Below, one piece after another: positions 46,785-56,869 of a stretch of DNA of 64,000 nucleotides. The stretch is from an uncultured bacterium (GTDB taxonomy: Bacteria > Actinomycetota > Coriobacteriia > Coriobacteriales > Coriobacteriaceae). The stretch lies in contig CAJMPX010000002.1 in assembly GCA_905215365.1 (NCBI GenBank), positions 79,801-143,800 of the forward strand, written 5' to 3'. Each line of letters starts with the position of its first letter. The first letter of the stretch is position 1. The position numbers and the translations under genes are program-made. Below the pieces are notes generated by a model. That model was given only the letters and a program-made list of their open reading frames with translations, did no database searches and had not been told where the DNA came from.

Positions 46785-46913
46785 CGGTTTTGCCGGGCGG
46801 CTCGTTCGCCCGGCTTTTATCTCCGCACGCCTTTTCGACCTTTCGACTTTCGCCATAGCGATATACGATTATGACAGCCTGACTTAGCACTGACTTAACT
46901 GGAGGTATCGACC

Positions 46914-47513
46914 ATGTCCCAGACGCTTACCGCCGGAATCACCCGCGACCGTGCGTTCGAATTGCTAAACGAGCACAATAAGGACCCGTTCCATATCACC
47001 CACGGAGAGACGGTCGAGGGCACCATGCGCTACTTTGCGCGCGAGTTCGACCCCGAGAACGAGGAGTTCTGGGGGCTCGTCGGCCTGCTGCACGACCTGG
47101 ATTGGGAGGAGCATGAGGACGATCCCATGAACCACACCATCTATGCGGCCGAGATCCTCGAAGGCGAAGGCGCATCGCCTGAGCTTATCCGTGCCATCCA
47201 GACGCACACGTCCGATTTCAACAGCTCGCTGCCCAAGCCCGAGCTGCAGATGGAGAAGATCCTGTTCGCTTGCGACGAACTCACCGGCCTGATCGGTGCC
47301 GCCGTCATCATGCGTCCAAGCAAGAGCGTCATGGACTTTACGACTAAGTCGCTCAAGAAAAAGTTCAAGGATAAGCGCTTTGCCGCCGGCTGCTCGCGCG
47401 ACGTGATTTCGCAGGGCGCCGAGATGTTGGGCTGGGAGCTCCCCGAGCTCTTCGACCGCACCATCGCGGCCATGCAGTCCTTCGCCCCCGACCGCGATAC
47501 CTTCCAGGCCTAA
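46914..47513 (+). CDS. HD-domain (HDIG-like) hydrolase
   Basis: GLLHDLD, DELTGL, KKKFKDKRFAAG. Confidence 0.85.
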   Translation: MSQTLTAGITRDRAFELLNEHNKDPFHITHGETVEGTMRYFAREFDPENEEFWGLVGLLHDLDWEEHEDDPMNHTIYAAEILEGEGASPELIRAIQTHTSDFNSSLPKPELQMEKILFACDELTGLIGAAVIMRPSKSVMDFTTKSLKKKFKDKRFAAGCSRDVISQGAEMLGWELPELFDRTIAAMQSFAPDRDTFQA

Positions 47514-47556
47514 CCTGCCAAAAAGGGACAGGTTTATTTTGGCAGGTTTTATCTGG
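47511..47556 (+). repeat. REP-like palindrome, family 2, left flank of RAYT
   Basis: TAACCTGCCAAAAAGGGACAGGTTTATTTTGGCAGGTTTTATCTGG. Confidence 0.85.
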
Positions 47557-47683
47557 GAAAACGCTTCCGTTGGACTTTATTCAGCGGAAGCGTTTTCTGT
47601 TTGACATGGTGACGCTGGCGAATGACGTTGCCTCACGGCAGGCAGCTGCGCTTCGCCGTATCCGTAACTCGGTAAACGCGACG

Positions 47684-48442
47684 CTAGGACGCGTTTTTGA
47701 TAATCCATGTTCCCAGTCCGGTCAGCAGCTGAACCTGCTTAACCGTTAGCCCCTGTTTTCGAAGCGCGAGAATCGCCTCATTGCGAAGTGGCTTGGAGAC
47801 GGATTTGAGTTCCGTCGGAGTACATCCTGCGACACCCTGCACGACTGCCGTGCCAAATTCGCATAGATCTTCCTCGCGAACCTTGGCTGTTGCGCTGGGG
47901 CGATAGGGAAGCGACGGCGTGCTTTCCATGAGTTGAAGATATGAGCGAGGTGTTGGGAATAAAACACCGACAACGCTGTCGGTGACATGTGGCCGTGACC
48001 TGGCACTCATCAGATACTCGCGATGGCTGCTCCAGGGGTATTCGTCGTATGCCGCCAGTCCTGCTTTTTGTGGATTCAGATGAATGTATCGAATTGCCTC
48101 GAGTAAATATACTTCCGACTTAATGGGCGAATCCCAAAACCGCTCCTGAAACACGTGGCCGATATGCCCCGTCCGCGCATTGTACCTGCCCGCATACGAT
48201 ACGGCTATCGCGTGCATCGCTTCGCTCTTACGGTCGTCCGGATCGTTGATGAGCAGATGAATGTGGTTTCCCATGAGGCACCAAGCGATAAGCTCAATAT
48301 TGTGTTTGGGGAGGATCGCATCGAGGATCTGGAGCAAGGCAATTCGGTCTTCATCACCGTCGAACAGCAACTGCCCTCCGTTTCCACGCAGCGTGACGTG
48401 GATATACCCAGTTGGTGACTTTGAACGAGGTTTTCTCGACAT
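47684..48442 (-). mobile_element. REP-associated tyrosine transposase (RAYT, HUH/Y1)
   Basis: HVTLRG, CLMGNHIHLL (HUH), FQERF, YIHLNPQKAGL, YPWSS; AAAGGAGG RBS. Confidence 0.9.
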
Positions 48443-48755
48443 GGTACCTCCTTTAGCTTGGATGGGCTGAAGATACCGCATTTGGAGGCTTCGATTGTCG
48501 AGATTCAGTTCACCGACTATAGCTGCTACCTGCCGAAATGTTATTGCGTTTTCAATTTGATGCTTTTTAATGGTAATTGAGCAAAGCGAGCGTGCCCGCT
48601 CTGGATGTGGGTGTTAGTTGTGCTGCGCCGGATGATTCTCGCGTGAAGGCGCCACAAATTGGCATCAAGCTTTTCTGTGGCAATAAAAAAATGGCTGGGT
48701 ACCCAAAAGCAAAACGGTGCACCCAGCCATTTACTAATTATTCATTGACGTTTGG

Positions 48756-48801
48756 CCAGATAAAACCTGCCAAAATAAACCTGTCCCTTTTTGGCAGGTT
48801 A
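48756..48801 (-). repeat. REP-like palindrome, family 2, right flank of RAYT
   Basis: Reverse complement of the 47511-47556 copy. Confidence 0.85.
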
Positions 48802-49284
48802 GTTGAGGGCGGCTTGGGCTAGGCGGGCTTCGGCGGCCTCCTCGGTGACGCCCAATGCCACGGCGAACTCCTCGATGGAGCGGCGCTTGGCTTCCTTAAG
48901 TACGCGCATGTAGTAAGAGCTGGGCTTTTTATCTGCTTCCTCGGCCTGACGAATGCGGTGCATCATGGTCTTTGCCACGCGGACCGTCTCGGGCGCGCCC
49001 AGCTTGAGCTGCTGCTTAAAGTGCGTCTCCTCAAGCGAGCTGTTGCGCTCGGTAAAGGTGTCGCACTCCAGCTCGTCGTAGTGGCTCAGCAGGTGCTCGG
49101 CATCTTGCTGAGAGATGGCGGCATGCAGACGGTCGGCCTGCGCCACGGGGTACATAAGGATCGTCTGCGCATGCCCCTGCTTGGCCTCGAGCAACAACAT
49201 GGGCTGCGGCGTGTCGTCCCTAAAACCGACGACGGTGCAGACTCCCTGACCCGGATGAATGACGTGTTGACCGATTGAGAACAT
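48799..49284 (-). CDS. CarD family transcriptional regulator
   Basis: MFSIGQHVIHPGQGVCTV N-terminal CarD/TRCF motif; EFAVALG C-terminus. Confidence 0.8.
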   Translation of the reverse strand: MFSIGQHVIHPGQGVCTVVGFRDDTPQPMLLLEAKQGHAQTILMYPVAQADRLHAAISQQDAEHLLSHYDELECDTFTERNSSLEETHFKQQLKLGAPETVRVAKTMMHRIRQAEEADKKPSSYYMRVLKEAKRRSIEEFAVALGVTEEAAEARLAQAALN

Positions 49285-49626
49285 GCTACCTCCAACTTAT
49301 ACGAATTTACGTATGTCTAGAATAACACGCTGACGTGCGCAAATCCTCACTTTATGCAGGAAAAGCACACAACTCTGATAGGTAAGAGTATTCGATAAAA
49401 GACACAGCTCATCCACACCTTTATGCATTTTCAACGCGTGCATAATCTGCAGGCAGACCGGCATCTTTGAGTGAGTCCATACAAGCTGTAGTCAATTTTG
49501 TGCATATGCAATTTCGATTGGCTTTACCCTGCGACAGTGTCCGTCGCTTGTGATAGAGTGCTACAAACTCTGGCTTTTGCCCTACGAGTGACCAAGAGCT
49601 CGGGGGCTTTAACACAAGGAGGATCT

Positions 49627-51480
49627 ATGCCCGAGAAGATTGAAGAGCTGGTACGCGCTGCGCTTGCTGCGGCCCAGGAGGCCGGCGACCTTTCCGCATT
49701 TGAACTTGACGATTGCGCTATCGAGCGACCGGCTGACACTTCTCATGGCGAGTGGACCTCTACCATGGCCCTGAAGTCCGCCAAGCTGGCCCACTGCGCC
49801 CCGCGCAAGATCGCCGAGGCCATCGTTGCCCATATGCCCGAGGATCCCGCGATCGAGAAGGTTGAGATCGCAGGCCCCGGTTTCATCAACTTCTACCTCT
49901 CCGTTGCCGTCAAGAATGCCATCTTTGGCGAGGCTCGCGAGAAGGGCATGGACTTCGCTAAGTCCAACGTCGGTGGTGGCCTGAAGACCCAGGTCGAATT
50001 CGTTTCCGCCAACCCCGTCGGCCCCATGCACATTGGTCACGGCCGCTGGGCCGCTCTGGGCGACTCCCTTTGCCGCGTCATGGACCACGCCGGTTACGAC
50101 ATCCAGCGTGAGTTCTACATCAATGACCACGGCTCTCAGATGAACACCTTCGGCAACTCCATCAGCACGCGCTATATGCAGCTTGCCGACATCATCGCCA
50201 AGCAGGGCGTTGATATCGACGAGGCTCACAAGCTGCTGATCGCCGACCGCGACGCCTTTGTTGCCGACGAGAACGACGAGCACCCCGAGACCCATCCGTA
50301 TCAGGACAACTTTGCCGAGACCTTGGGCAAGGACTCTTACGGCGGCGACTACATCATCGACGAGGCCGCCGAGTTCTGGCGCATCGACGGCGACAAGTGG
50401 GTCGACGCCGATCCGCAGGAGCGCATGGAGAGCTTCCGCGAGCGCGGCTATGTAAAGATGGTCGATAACATGCGCGACCTCTGCCACGCCGTCAACTGCG
50501 ACTTCGACCGTTGGTACTCCGAGCGCTCGCTGTACGTGAAGGACACCGAGGGCGAGACCGCCGGCACCTCCGCCGTCGACCGCGCTTTTGAGAAGCTCGA
50601 CAAGATGGGCTACCTCTACACCAAGGACGGCGCCCTGTGGTTCCGCTCCACCGATCTGGGCGACGACAAGGACCGCGTCCTGATCAAGTCCGACGGCGAG
50701 TACACCTACTTCGCCTCCGACGTCGCCTATCACTGGGATAAGTTCCAGCGCGTCGATCACGTCATCGACATCTGGGGCGCCGACCACCACGGTTACATCG
50801 AGCGCGTTCGCTGCGTCTGCGACGCTCTGGGTTACCCCGGCAAGTTTGAGGTTCTGCTGGGCCAGCTCGTCAACCTGCTGCGTAACGGTAAGCCCGTCCG
50901 TATGTCCAAGCGCAAGGGCACCATGGTGACCCTGCAGGAGCTCGTCGACGAGGTCGGCTCTGACGCCGCCCGCTACACGCTCATCTCCAAGAGCTCCAAC
51001 CAGATGGTCGACTTCGACATTGAGGCCGTTAAGAAGCGCGACAACTCCAACCCGGTCTATTACGTGCAGTACGCTCACGCTCGCGTCTGCTCCATCCTGC
51101 GCCGTGCCGCTGACGTAACGCCTGAGCAGGCCGACGAGATGGGCATGAAGGCCGTTGCCGCCAAGGCCATCGGTGAGAACGTCGATTACTCGCTGCTGAC
51201 CGACCCGACCGAGCTCGCCCTTTCGCGCAAGCTCAATGAGCTTACCGACCTGATCGCCAGCTGCGCTCGCGATCGCGCCCCGTTCCGTCTGACGCACTTT
51301 GCCGAGGAGCTCGCCGGTGACTTCCACAGCTTCTACGCTGCCTGCCAGGTTCTGCCGAGCGAGGGCCGTCCCGTCGACCCCGAACTTTCGCGTGCCCGTC
51401 TGGCCGCTTGCGATGCCGTCCGCGTGACGCTCGCCCTGGTGCTCACCCTCGTTGGCGTTTCCGCGCCCGAGCAGATGTAA
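49627..51480 (+). CDS. argS: Arginine--tRNA ligase
   Basis: GPGFINF, EFVSANPVGPMHIGH, WGADHHGY, MSKRKG, YVQYAHAR. Confidence 0.97.
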   Translation: MPEKIEELVRAALAAAQEAGDLSAFELDDCAIERPADTSHGEWTSTMALKSAKLAHCAPRKIAEAIVAHMPEDPAIEKVEIAGPGFINFYLSVAVKNAIFGEAREKGMDFAKSNVGGGLKTQVEFVSANPVGPMHIGHGRWAALGDSLCRVMDHAGYDIQREFYINDHGSQMNTFGNSISTRYMQLADIIAKQGVDIDEAHKLLIADRDAFVADENDEHPETHPYQDNFAETLGKDSYGGDYIIDEAAEFWRIDGDKWVDADPQERMESFRERGYVKMVDNMRDLCHAVNCDFDRWYSERSLYVKDTEGETAGTSAVDRAFEKLDKMGYLYTKDGALWFRSTDLGDDKDRVLIKSDGEYTYFASDVAYHWDKFQRVDHVIDIWGADHHGYIERVRCVCDALGYPGKFEVLLGQLVNLLRNGKPVRMSKRKGTMVTLQELVDEVGSDAARYTLISKSSNQMVDFDIEAVKKRDNSNPVYYVQYAHARVCSILRRAADVTPEQADEMGMKAVAAKAIGENVDYSLLTDPTELALSRKLNELTDLIASCARDRAPFRLTHFAEELAGDFHSFYAACQVLPSEGRPVDPELSRARLAACDAVRVTLALVLTLVGVSAPEQM

Positions 51481-51526
51481 CCTGCGGGTCATTTGACCGT
51501 GTAGGTTTGGTTTAACTGAGCCCTAT

Positions 51527-51559
51527 AAGCCCGATCTCCCACGGAGGTCGGGCTTTTTT
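51527..51559 (+). terminator. Intrinsic terminator after argS
   Basis: AAGCCCGATCTCC...GGAGGTCGGGCTT plus T-run. Confidence 0.8.
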
Positions 51560-51604
51560 CGCAAACGCCGACGTATTGACGAATTTGGAGCTGCTAGAAA
51601 TACG

Positions 51605-51754
51605 AAACTATGCCGGTTTACTACGATGAATTGAGGAATTCTAACCACGCCGGCTTTTTGCTAAAAAGTGCAAGGCATCTACCTGCGGTTTTAGTTCAAC
51701 AAGTTTCGGAGTGGTCGCGGTTGAGCGATTCATCGTAGTAAACCGCCATAGTTT
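51605..51754. mobile_element. 150-bp MITE-like element with 27-bp terminal inverted repeats
   Basis: AAACTATGCCGGTTTACTACGATGAAT ... ATTCATCGTAGTAAACCGCCATAGTTT (one mismatch). Confidence 0.55.
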
Positions 51755-52010
51755 TGGCGGAGGCAGTCAGATTTGTGGGTGGCAAACAAAGAGTGTCCCT
51801 TTTGACTAATCGTTTAAGAACGTCCCCCCAATGACTAAGTTGCAGGTGGCGGCGGTTGTGTTACACTAACGCTGCGTAGTTGACGCAATCATCTCGATAC
51901 AGATCAATGATGTCCGTCGTTTCGAACGGAACTAGACTGTTTAGCCGCCCTGAAGGTTTATGCAGGGAGCATGTGATCACAGGGCTTGAAAAGAAAGTTG
52001 AGCAAACACT

Positions 52011-54584
52011 GTGTCTGATCAACAGCAAGAAAACGAAATAACGACGACGCAGGCCGCTCCCGCTGTACCGGTTGCGTCGGACCAGGTCGCGGCGCCCGCG
52101 CAAGCCTCGGCTCCTGAGACGCCTAAGGCTGCTTCGACGCCTATGCCTGTAGCGGCTGAGAAGGCCGTGCCTGCAACTGGTGAGGAGGCTGCTCCGGCAA
52201 AGCCCAAGCGCACGCGCCGCACGGCCAAGCCTGCCGCTGACGGCGAGGAGGTCACCAAGCCAAAGCGCCGTACCACGCGCACGACGCGCGCCAAGCTCAC
52301 CGTTGCAGCTGACTCCTCGGCGCCGATTTCCGATGAGGTCGCGCAGGCACGTGCGTTGGCGCAGATTAGCGAGGCTCAGGTGGTGCGCGCCCGCCGTCGT
52401 GCTGCCGAGCGCGAGGCCGCGGCTCTGACCGAGCTTGCAGCTCCGTCTGTGCCCGAGACGCCTGCCGCCACCGAGACTCCTGTCGCCGACCAGCCGACCG
52501 AGAAGCCGGTACCGCGCACACGCCGTCGCACGGCTGCTAAGGCCGAGCAGGTTGCTGAACAGGTAACCCCCGAGCTCGCTGAGGCTTCGGTCCGTTCCGC
52601 GGCAGGGGAGGGCACATCGCCTGTTGAGCCCGCTGCGCCTGTCGAGGCCAGCGAAGTTCCCGTTGTCGATCCGGCTTTGCGCCCGCACCGTCGCGGTCGC
52701 AAGCCCAAGGCCTTTGTCGAGGCCGAGAAGGCCGCAGCCGCAGCCGCCGCCGCTCGGGATGCTGCGGCGACCGCCAAGTCCTCAACTGCTGCCGATGCAC
52801 CCGTCCAGGATGCTACGACTTCCAAGGCCGTTTCTGCCGATGCCGAGCCCGCCGACGTCCGTCCCGGTCGCAGCCGTCGCACTGCTGCTAAGCGCACGTC
52901 CAAGGCTAAGGCTGCCAAGAAGGGTGCGTCCGAGGATTCCGCCGAGACGACCGCCGATGCATCGACTGATGCCGTCGAGCCCCAGGACGTCGAACGGCCT
53001 GCATCCGAGAAGCCCAAGCGCGCTCGCAAGAAGTCCGTTAAGGCTAAGGCCGCCGAGCAGCAGGTTGATGTCGAAGCGCAGGTTGATTCTGGCGCCGAGG
53101 CCAATGACGCCGCTGCGGCCAATGTTGACACCACCGCAACCGATGGTGCCGCCCCCGCCGAGGGCGAAGACGGCGCTCGCCCCAACCGTCGCCAGCACAA
53201 GCGCAACGAGGAGCGCAACGAGCGCAAGGACGAGCGCAACAACGACCGTCGCAACCGCCAGCGCGATCGCAAGCAACGCAACAAGGAGCGTAATGCCGCT
53301 CCCACCGAGCCCACGCTTTCGCGCGAGGAGCTCGCTGCCATGAAGGTCGCCGAACTTCGCGAGAAGGCCAAGGAGTTCGAGATCGAGACGACCGGCAAGA
53401 AGAAGGCCGAGCTCGTCGAGGAAATCTACGTCACCGCTGCGAAGGCCGAGGGCTTCCGCGACATCAAGGGCATTCTGCAGATTCGCCCGGACAGCTCCGG
53501 CATCATCCACGCCCATGGCTACATGAAGTCCAACGACGACGCCTTCGTGCCCGCCTACCTCATCCGCTCCGCGCGCCTGCGCACGGGCGACGTCATCGAG
53601 GGCTCGCTGCGTCCTTCGCGCGGCGGCGACAAGCGCGCCGGCCTCGCCAAAATCACGACCGTCAACGGTCTGGACCCCGAGCAGATTCGCAACCGTCCCA
53701 AGTTCGGCGACCTCACCCCGGTCTATCCCAACGAGCCGCTGCGCATGGAGCACGGCAAGGACTCTATTACCGGTCGCGCCATCGACATCGTGTCACCGAT
53801 CGGCAAGGGCCAGCGCGGCCTGATCGTGTCCCCGCCCAAGGCCGGCAAGACCACGATCCTCAAGAAGATCTGCCAGTCTATCTCGATTAACAACCCCGAG
53901 GTGCACCTCATCTGCCTGCTCGTCGACGAGCGCCCCGAAGAGGTCACCGATATGCAGCGTTCCATCAAGGGTGAGGTTGTGGCGTCGACCTTCGATATGC
54001 CTGCCGACAACCACACCCGCGTGGCAGAGCTCGTCATCGAGCGCGCCAAGCGCATCGTAGAGCTGGGTGGCGACGTCGTGGTGGTGCTCGACTCCATCAC
54101 GCGCCTCGCCCGCGCCTACAACTTGGCGGCGCCTGCCTCGGGCCGCATCCTTTCGGGCGGCGTCGATTCGGCGGCACTGTATCCGCCCAAGCGCTTCCTG
54201 GGTGCAGCCCGCAATATCGAGAACGGCGGCTCGCTCACCATCCTGGCCTCTGCCCTCATCGACACCGGTTCCAAGATGGACGAGGTCATTTTCGAGGAGT
54301 TCAAGGGCACCGGCAACATGGAGCTTAAGCTCGACCGCGACCTGGCCGACCGCCGCATCTTCCCGGCTATCGACCCCGTTGCCTCCGGTACGCGTAACGA
54401 GGACCTGTTGGTCGACGAGCAGATGCGTCCGTTTGTCTTTGGTCTGCGTCGCATTCTTGCAGGCATGAACAACACCGAGCGCGCGGCCGCATCGTTTATT
54501 AAGGGTCTTAAGGGCACCAACACGAACCAGGAGTTCCTGGTGCGTTCGGCCAAAAAACACAGCGACTACGAGCAGACGTTCTAG
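52011..54584 (+). CDS. rho: Transcription termination factor Rho with long N-terminal low-complexity extension
   Basis: PIGKGQRGLIVSPPKAGKT, DERPEEVTDM, LDSITRLARAYN, EFKGTGNME; start position uncertain. Confidence 0.95.
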   Translation: MSDQQQENEITTTQAAPAVPVASDQVAAPAQASAPETPKAASTPMPVAAEKAVPATGEEAAPAKPKRTRRTAKPAADGEEVTKPKRRTTRTTRAKLTVAADSSAPISDEVAQARALAQISEAQVVRARRRAAEREAAALTELAAPSVPETPAATETPVADQPTEKPVPRTRRRTAAKAEQVAEQVTPELAEASVRSAAGEGTSPVEPAAPVEASEVPVVDPALRPHRRGRKPKAFVEAEKAAAAAAAARDAAATAKSSTAADAPVQDATTSKAVSADAEPADVRPGRSRRTAAKRTSKAKAAKKGASEDSAETTADASTDAVEPQDVERPASEKPKRARKKSVKAKAAEQQVDVEAQVDSGAEANDAAAANVDTTATDGAAPAEGEDGARPNRRQHKRNEERNERKDERNNDRRNRQRDRKQRNKERNAAPTEPTLSREELAAMKVAELREKAKEFEIETTGKKKAELVEEIYVTAAKAEGFRDIKGILQIRPDSSGIIHAHGYMKSNDDAFVPAYLIRSARLRTGDVIEGSLRPSRGGDKRAGLAKITTVNGLDPEQIRNRPKFGDLTPVYPNEPLRMEHGKDSITGRAIDIVSPIGKGQRGLIVSPPKAGKTTILKKICQSISINNPEVHLICLLVDERPEEVTDMQRSIKGEVVASTFDMPADNHTRVAELVIERAKRIVELGGDVVVVLDSITRLARAYNLAAPASGRILSGGVDSAALYPPKRFLGAARNIENGGSLTILASALIDTGSKMDEVIFEEFKGTGNMELKLDRDLADRRIFPAIDPVASGTRNEDLLVDEQMRPFVFGLRRILAGMNNTERAAASFIKGLKGTNTNQEFLVRSAKKHSDYEQTF

Positions 54585-54897
54585 GTTGTCATCCACGCGC
54601 AGCGATAGTCATCAATGCGATAAAGGGTCGGGGCTTTGAGCCTCGGCCCTTTTCCATAGCGCCGCTCCGCGCTTATTTTTGACCGTAAGACCGACGAGCA
54701 GCAGGTTTCCCGTTTCAATCCGACATCGTCGCTTGCAATCGACAGGGCGGTTTCGCATAATAGCTTTTAAGCTTCGCGACGGAAAACGCAGATGAAACGA
54801 ACCATATACCGTTGCTTTGGGGCATAGCCCCGCTTCATCTTCTCTCGCGCAGCCAACTGAATGATGCGATTTGGGTGCTGGAAGATGGGGAGAGCTC

Positions 54898-56298
54898 ATG
54901 GCTTCTTCTGATGCAACACAACGAGCAGTCCTTGCCGGACTTTCGTGCGGGATCGGCCTTGCCGCTCCCGTGGTTATGTATGCCGCGACGCTGCCGTTTT
55001 CGTCGGTGAACGAGACGGTCGTGGCGGGTGCGGTTCCCTTCGCCGTGGGCGCGGTGGCGGGCGTGGGCATCTATGCCGCCTCGCTGGGTATCTCCGAGTA
55101 TCGTGCGCAGCGTGAAGAGCGTCTGTTCCAGCCCGATGCCATGGGCGGTGCCGCCAATCTCAATCAGCATCAAAGCGAGTTCAAGACCGCCTCGATTCCA
55201 GCTCAGCAGCAGGATGCGACTCCTTACGCTGCGACTTCTGCTTCTCAGGCTCAGTCGGAGCAGTCTACCTCGGCATTCCTTTCCGGCCTGACTGGTGCGT
55301 TCCAGCGCCGTCATGCCGATGATGGTGTCCCTACCATCGCTCGAGCCGCAGATGCTATGGACGAGGACGAGGCTTGGTCTATGATCGACAGTATGCTCGA
55401 CGACGATTCGCCGGTGAGCTGCGACCCTGCACACTCGCGCGACGTCTATCAAGTCGCCATCGACGAGCTCACCAACGGCGGGCAGTCCGGCTCCTTCAAT
55501 CGCGACGACATCGCCGCCGCGGCACGCGCCGTGTCTGGCTCCCAGGCCGCCCCTGCGGGCAGCACGGCGGCTTTCGTGGCACTCGTCGCCAACGCGGCAG
55601 CCAATAACGCCTACATCGCTACCTCGGCGGACGCGAACGCTTCTGCCGATAATTCGTACGTTGATGAAGCCATGACCGCGGACGAGGAGGCCGTTGCCGC
55701 CCGCCGCGCCGCCGAAAGCTCGCTTTGGGGCGCTCCTGCCCAGCAGCAGGCGGCTGAGGCTGCGCCGTACAACGCAAACCTCGCCAGCATGCCTATCATC
55801 TCCGGTGTCGCGGACATCGATCTCGATGACCTCGATGAGCCTGCAGCCATCACCGCATCGATTGATGCCCAAGATCGCATCGACACCGGCGACCTTCCGG
55901 ACGCTTCGCTCGAGGTTGATGTCCCCATGGCCGATTACTCAGGCCACGAGGACATGTGGGCCGCCGCCACCGCGATTCTGGATGAGATTGACGAGCCTGC
56001 TCCTGTTGCAGCCCCCGCTCCCGTCACTGCCCCTCAGCCTGCTGCCCCCGCCTATGTCGGCCGTCACAGCGCTGTGTTCCCCGAGGATACCGCCCGTATC
56101 TCGCGCGAGGGCATCGAGCGAGCCGAGGCTATTGCCGCCGGCATTATGGAAAATCGTCGTCACGAGCGCGTCAATCAGATCCTCGAGGAAGAGATCGAGC
56201 GCCTGCAGTCCTCTACCGCCAAGCGTACGGGCCGTGCCTATCTGAGCGTTATCGAGGGCGGTACCGCCAGCTTCGCGCCACTCCGCGCGGAGGCATAA
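54898..56298 (+). CDS. Hypothetical membrane protein with long acidic tail
   Basis: Two N-terminal hydrophobic segments, A/D/E-rich remainder, coding-like codon bias. Confidence 0.7.
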   Translation: MASSDATQRAVLAGLSCGIGLAAPVVMYAATLPFSSVNETVVAGAVPFAVGAVAGVGIYAASLGISEYRAQREERLFQPDAMGGAANLNQHQSEFKTASIPAQQQDATPYAATSASQAQSEQSTSAFLSGLTGAFQRRHADDGVPTIARAADAMDEDEAWSMIDSMLDDDSPVSCDPAHSRDVYQVAIDELTNGGQSGSFNRDDIAAAARAVSGSQAAPAGSTAAFVALVANAAANNAYIATSADANASADNSYVDEAMTADEEAVAARRAAESSLWGAPAQQQAAEAAPYNANLASMPIISGVADIDLDDLDEPAAITASIDAQDRIDTGDLPDASLEVDVPMADYSGHEDMWAAATAILDEIDEPAPVAAPAPVTAPQPAAPAYVGRHSAVFPEDTARISREGIERAEAIAAGIMENRRHERVNQILEEEIERLQSSTAKRTGRAYLSVIEGGTASFAPLRAEA

Positions 56299-56305
56299 CT
56301 TCTGC

Positions 56306-56755
56306 ATGGTTAAGATCAATCGAAAATGGGCGGTCGTGACCTGCCTGATGGCGCTCTTGATCTGGGGCAATTCGCTGGTTCCCGGCTCGGGGTCGGGCTC
56401 GCTGAGCCTAACGGTCATGGAAGCTATCCGCGATTTCCTGCACGGCGTGGGACTTCCATATGCATGGGTGACCAACTTTGTTGTTCGCAAGTGCGCGCAT
56501 TTTACCGAGTATATGGTGCTCGGCATCCTGGCAACGCATGCCTTTGATTATGAGGGGCGGCGCACCTTTGACGTGCTGCTGCCCACGGCGGTGTTCCTGC
56601 TGCTGATTCCTTCGATCGACGAGACGATTCAGCTCTTTGTGCCGGGACGCGCCGGCATGATCACCGATGTGATGATCGACTGCTGTGGAGCGGCAACGGG
56701 CGTTGTGCTCCGATATCTCTTACGGCCGCTGATGCGCGCCAAAAAAGCCGCCTAG
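56306..56755 (+). CDS. VanZ family protein
   Basis: VRKCAHFTEY, DETIQLFVPGR, DVMID. Confidence 0.88.
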   Translation: MVKINRKWAVVTCLMALLIWGNSLVPGSGSGSLSLTVMEAIRDFLHGVGLPYAWVTNFVVRKCAHFTEYMVLGILATHAFDYEGRRTFDVLLPTAVFLLLIPSIDETIQLFVPGRAGMITDVMIDCCGAATGVVLRYLLRPLMRAKKAA

Positions 56756-56869
56756 GACGTATTGTTTGGTCCTAGGCGGCCTTTTTTATTTGAGGGCTTA
56801 TATGAGGCGTGGTGGCGTCGTTCCGTAGGTCGGATTTGCCGGGCGCGCCACGCCCTGTGGGTGCGTCTG

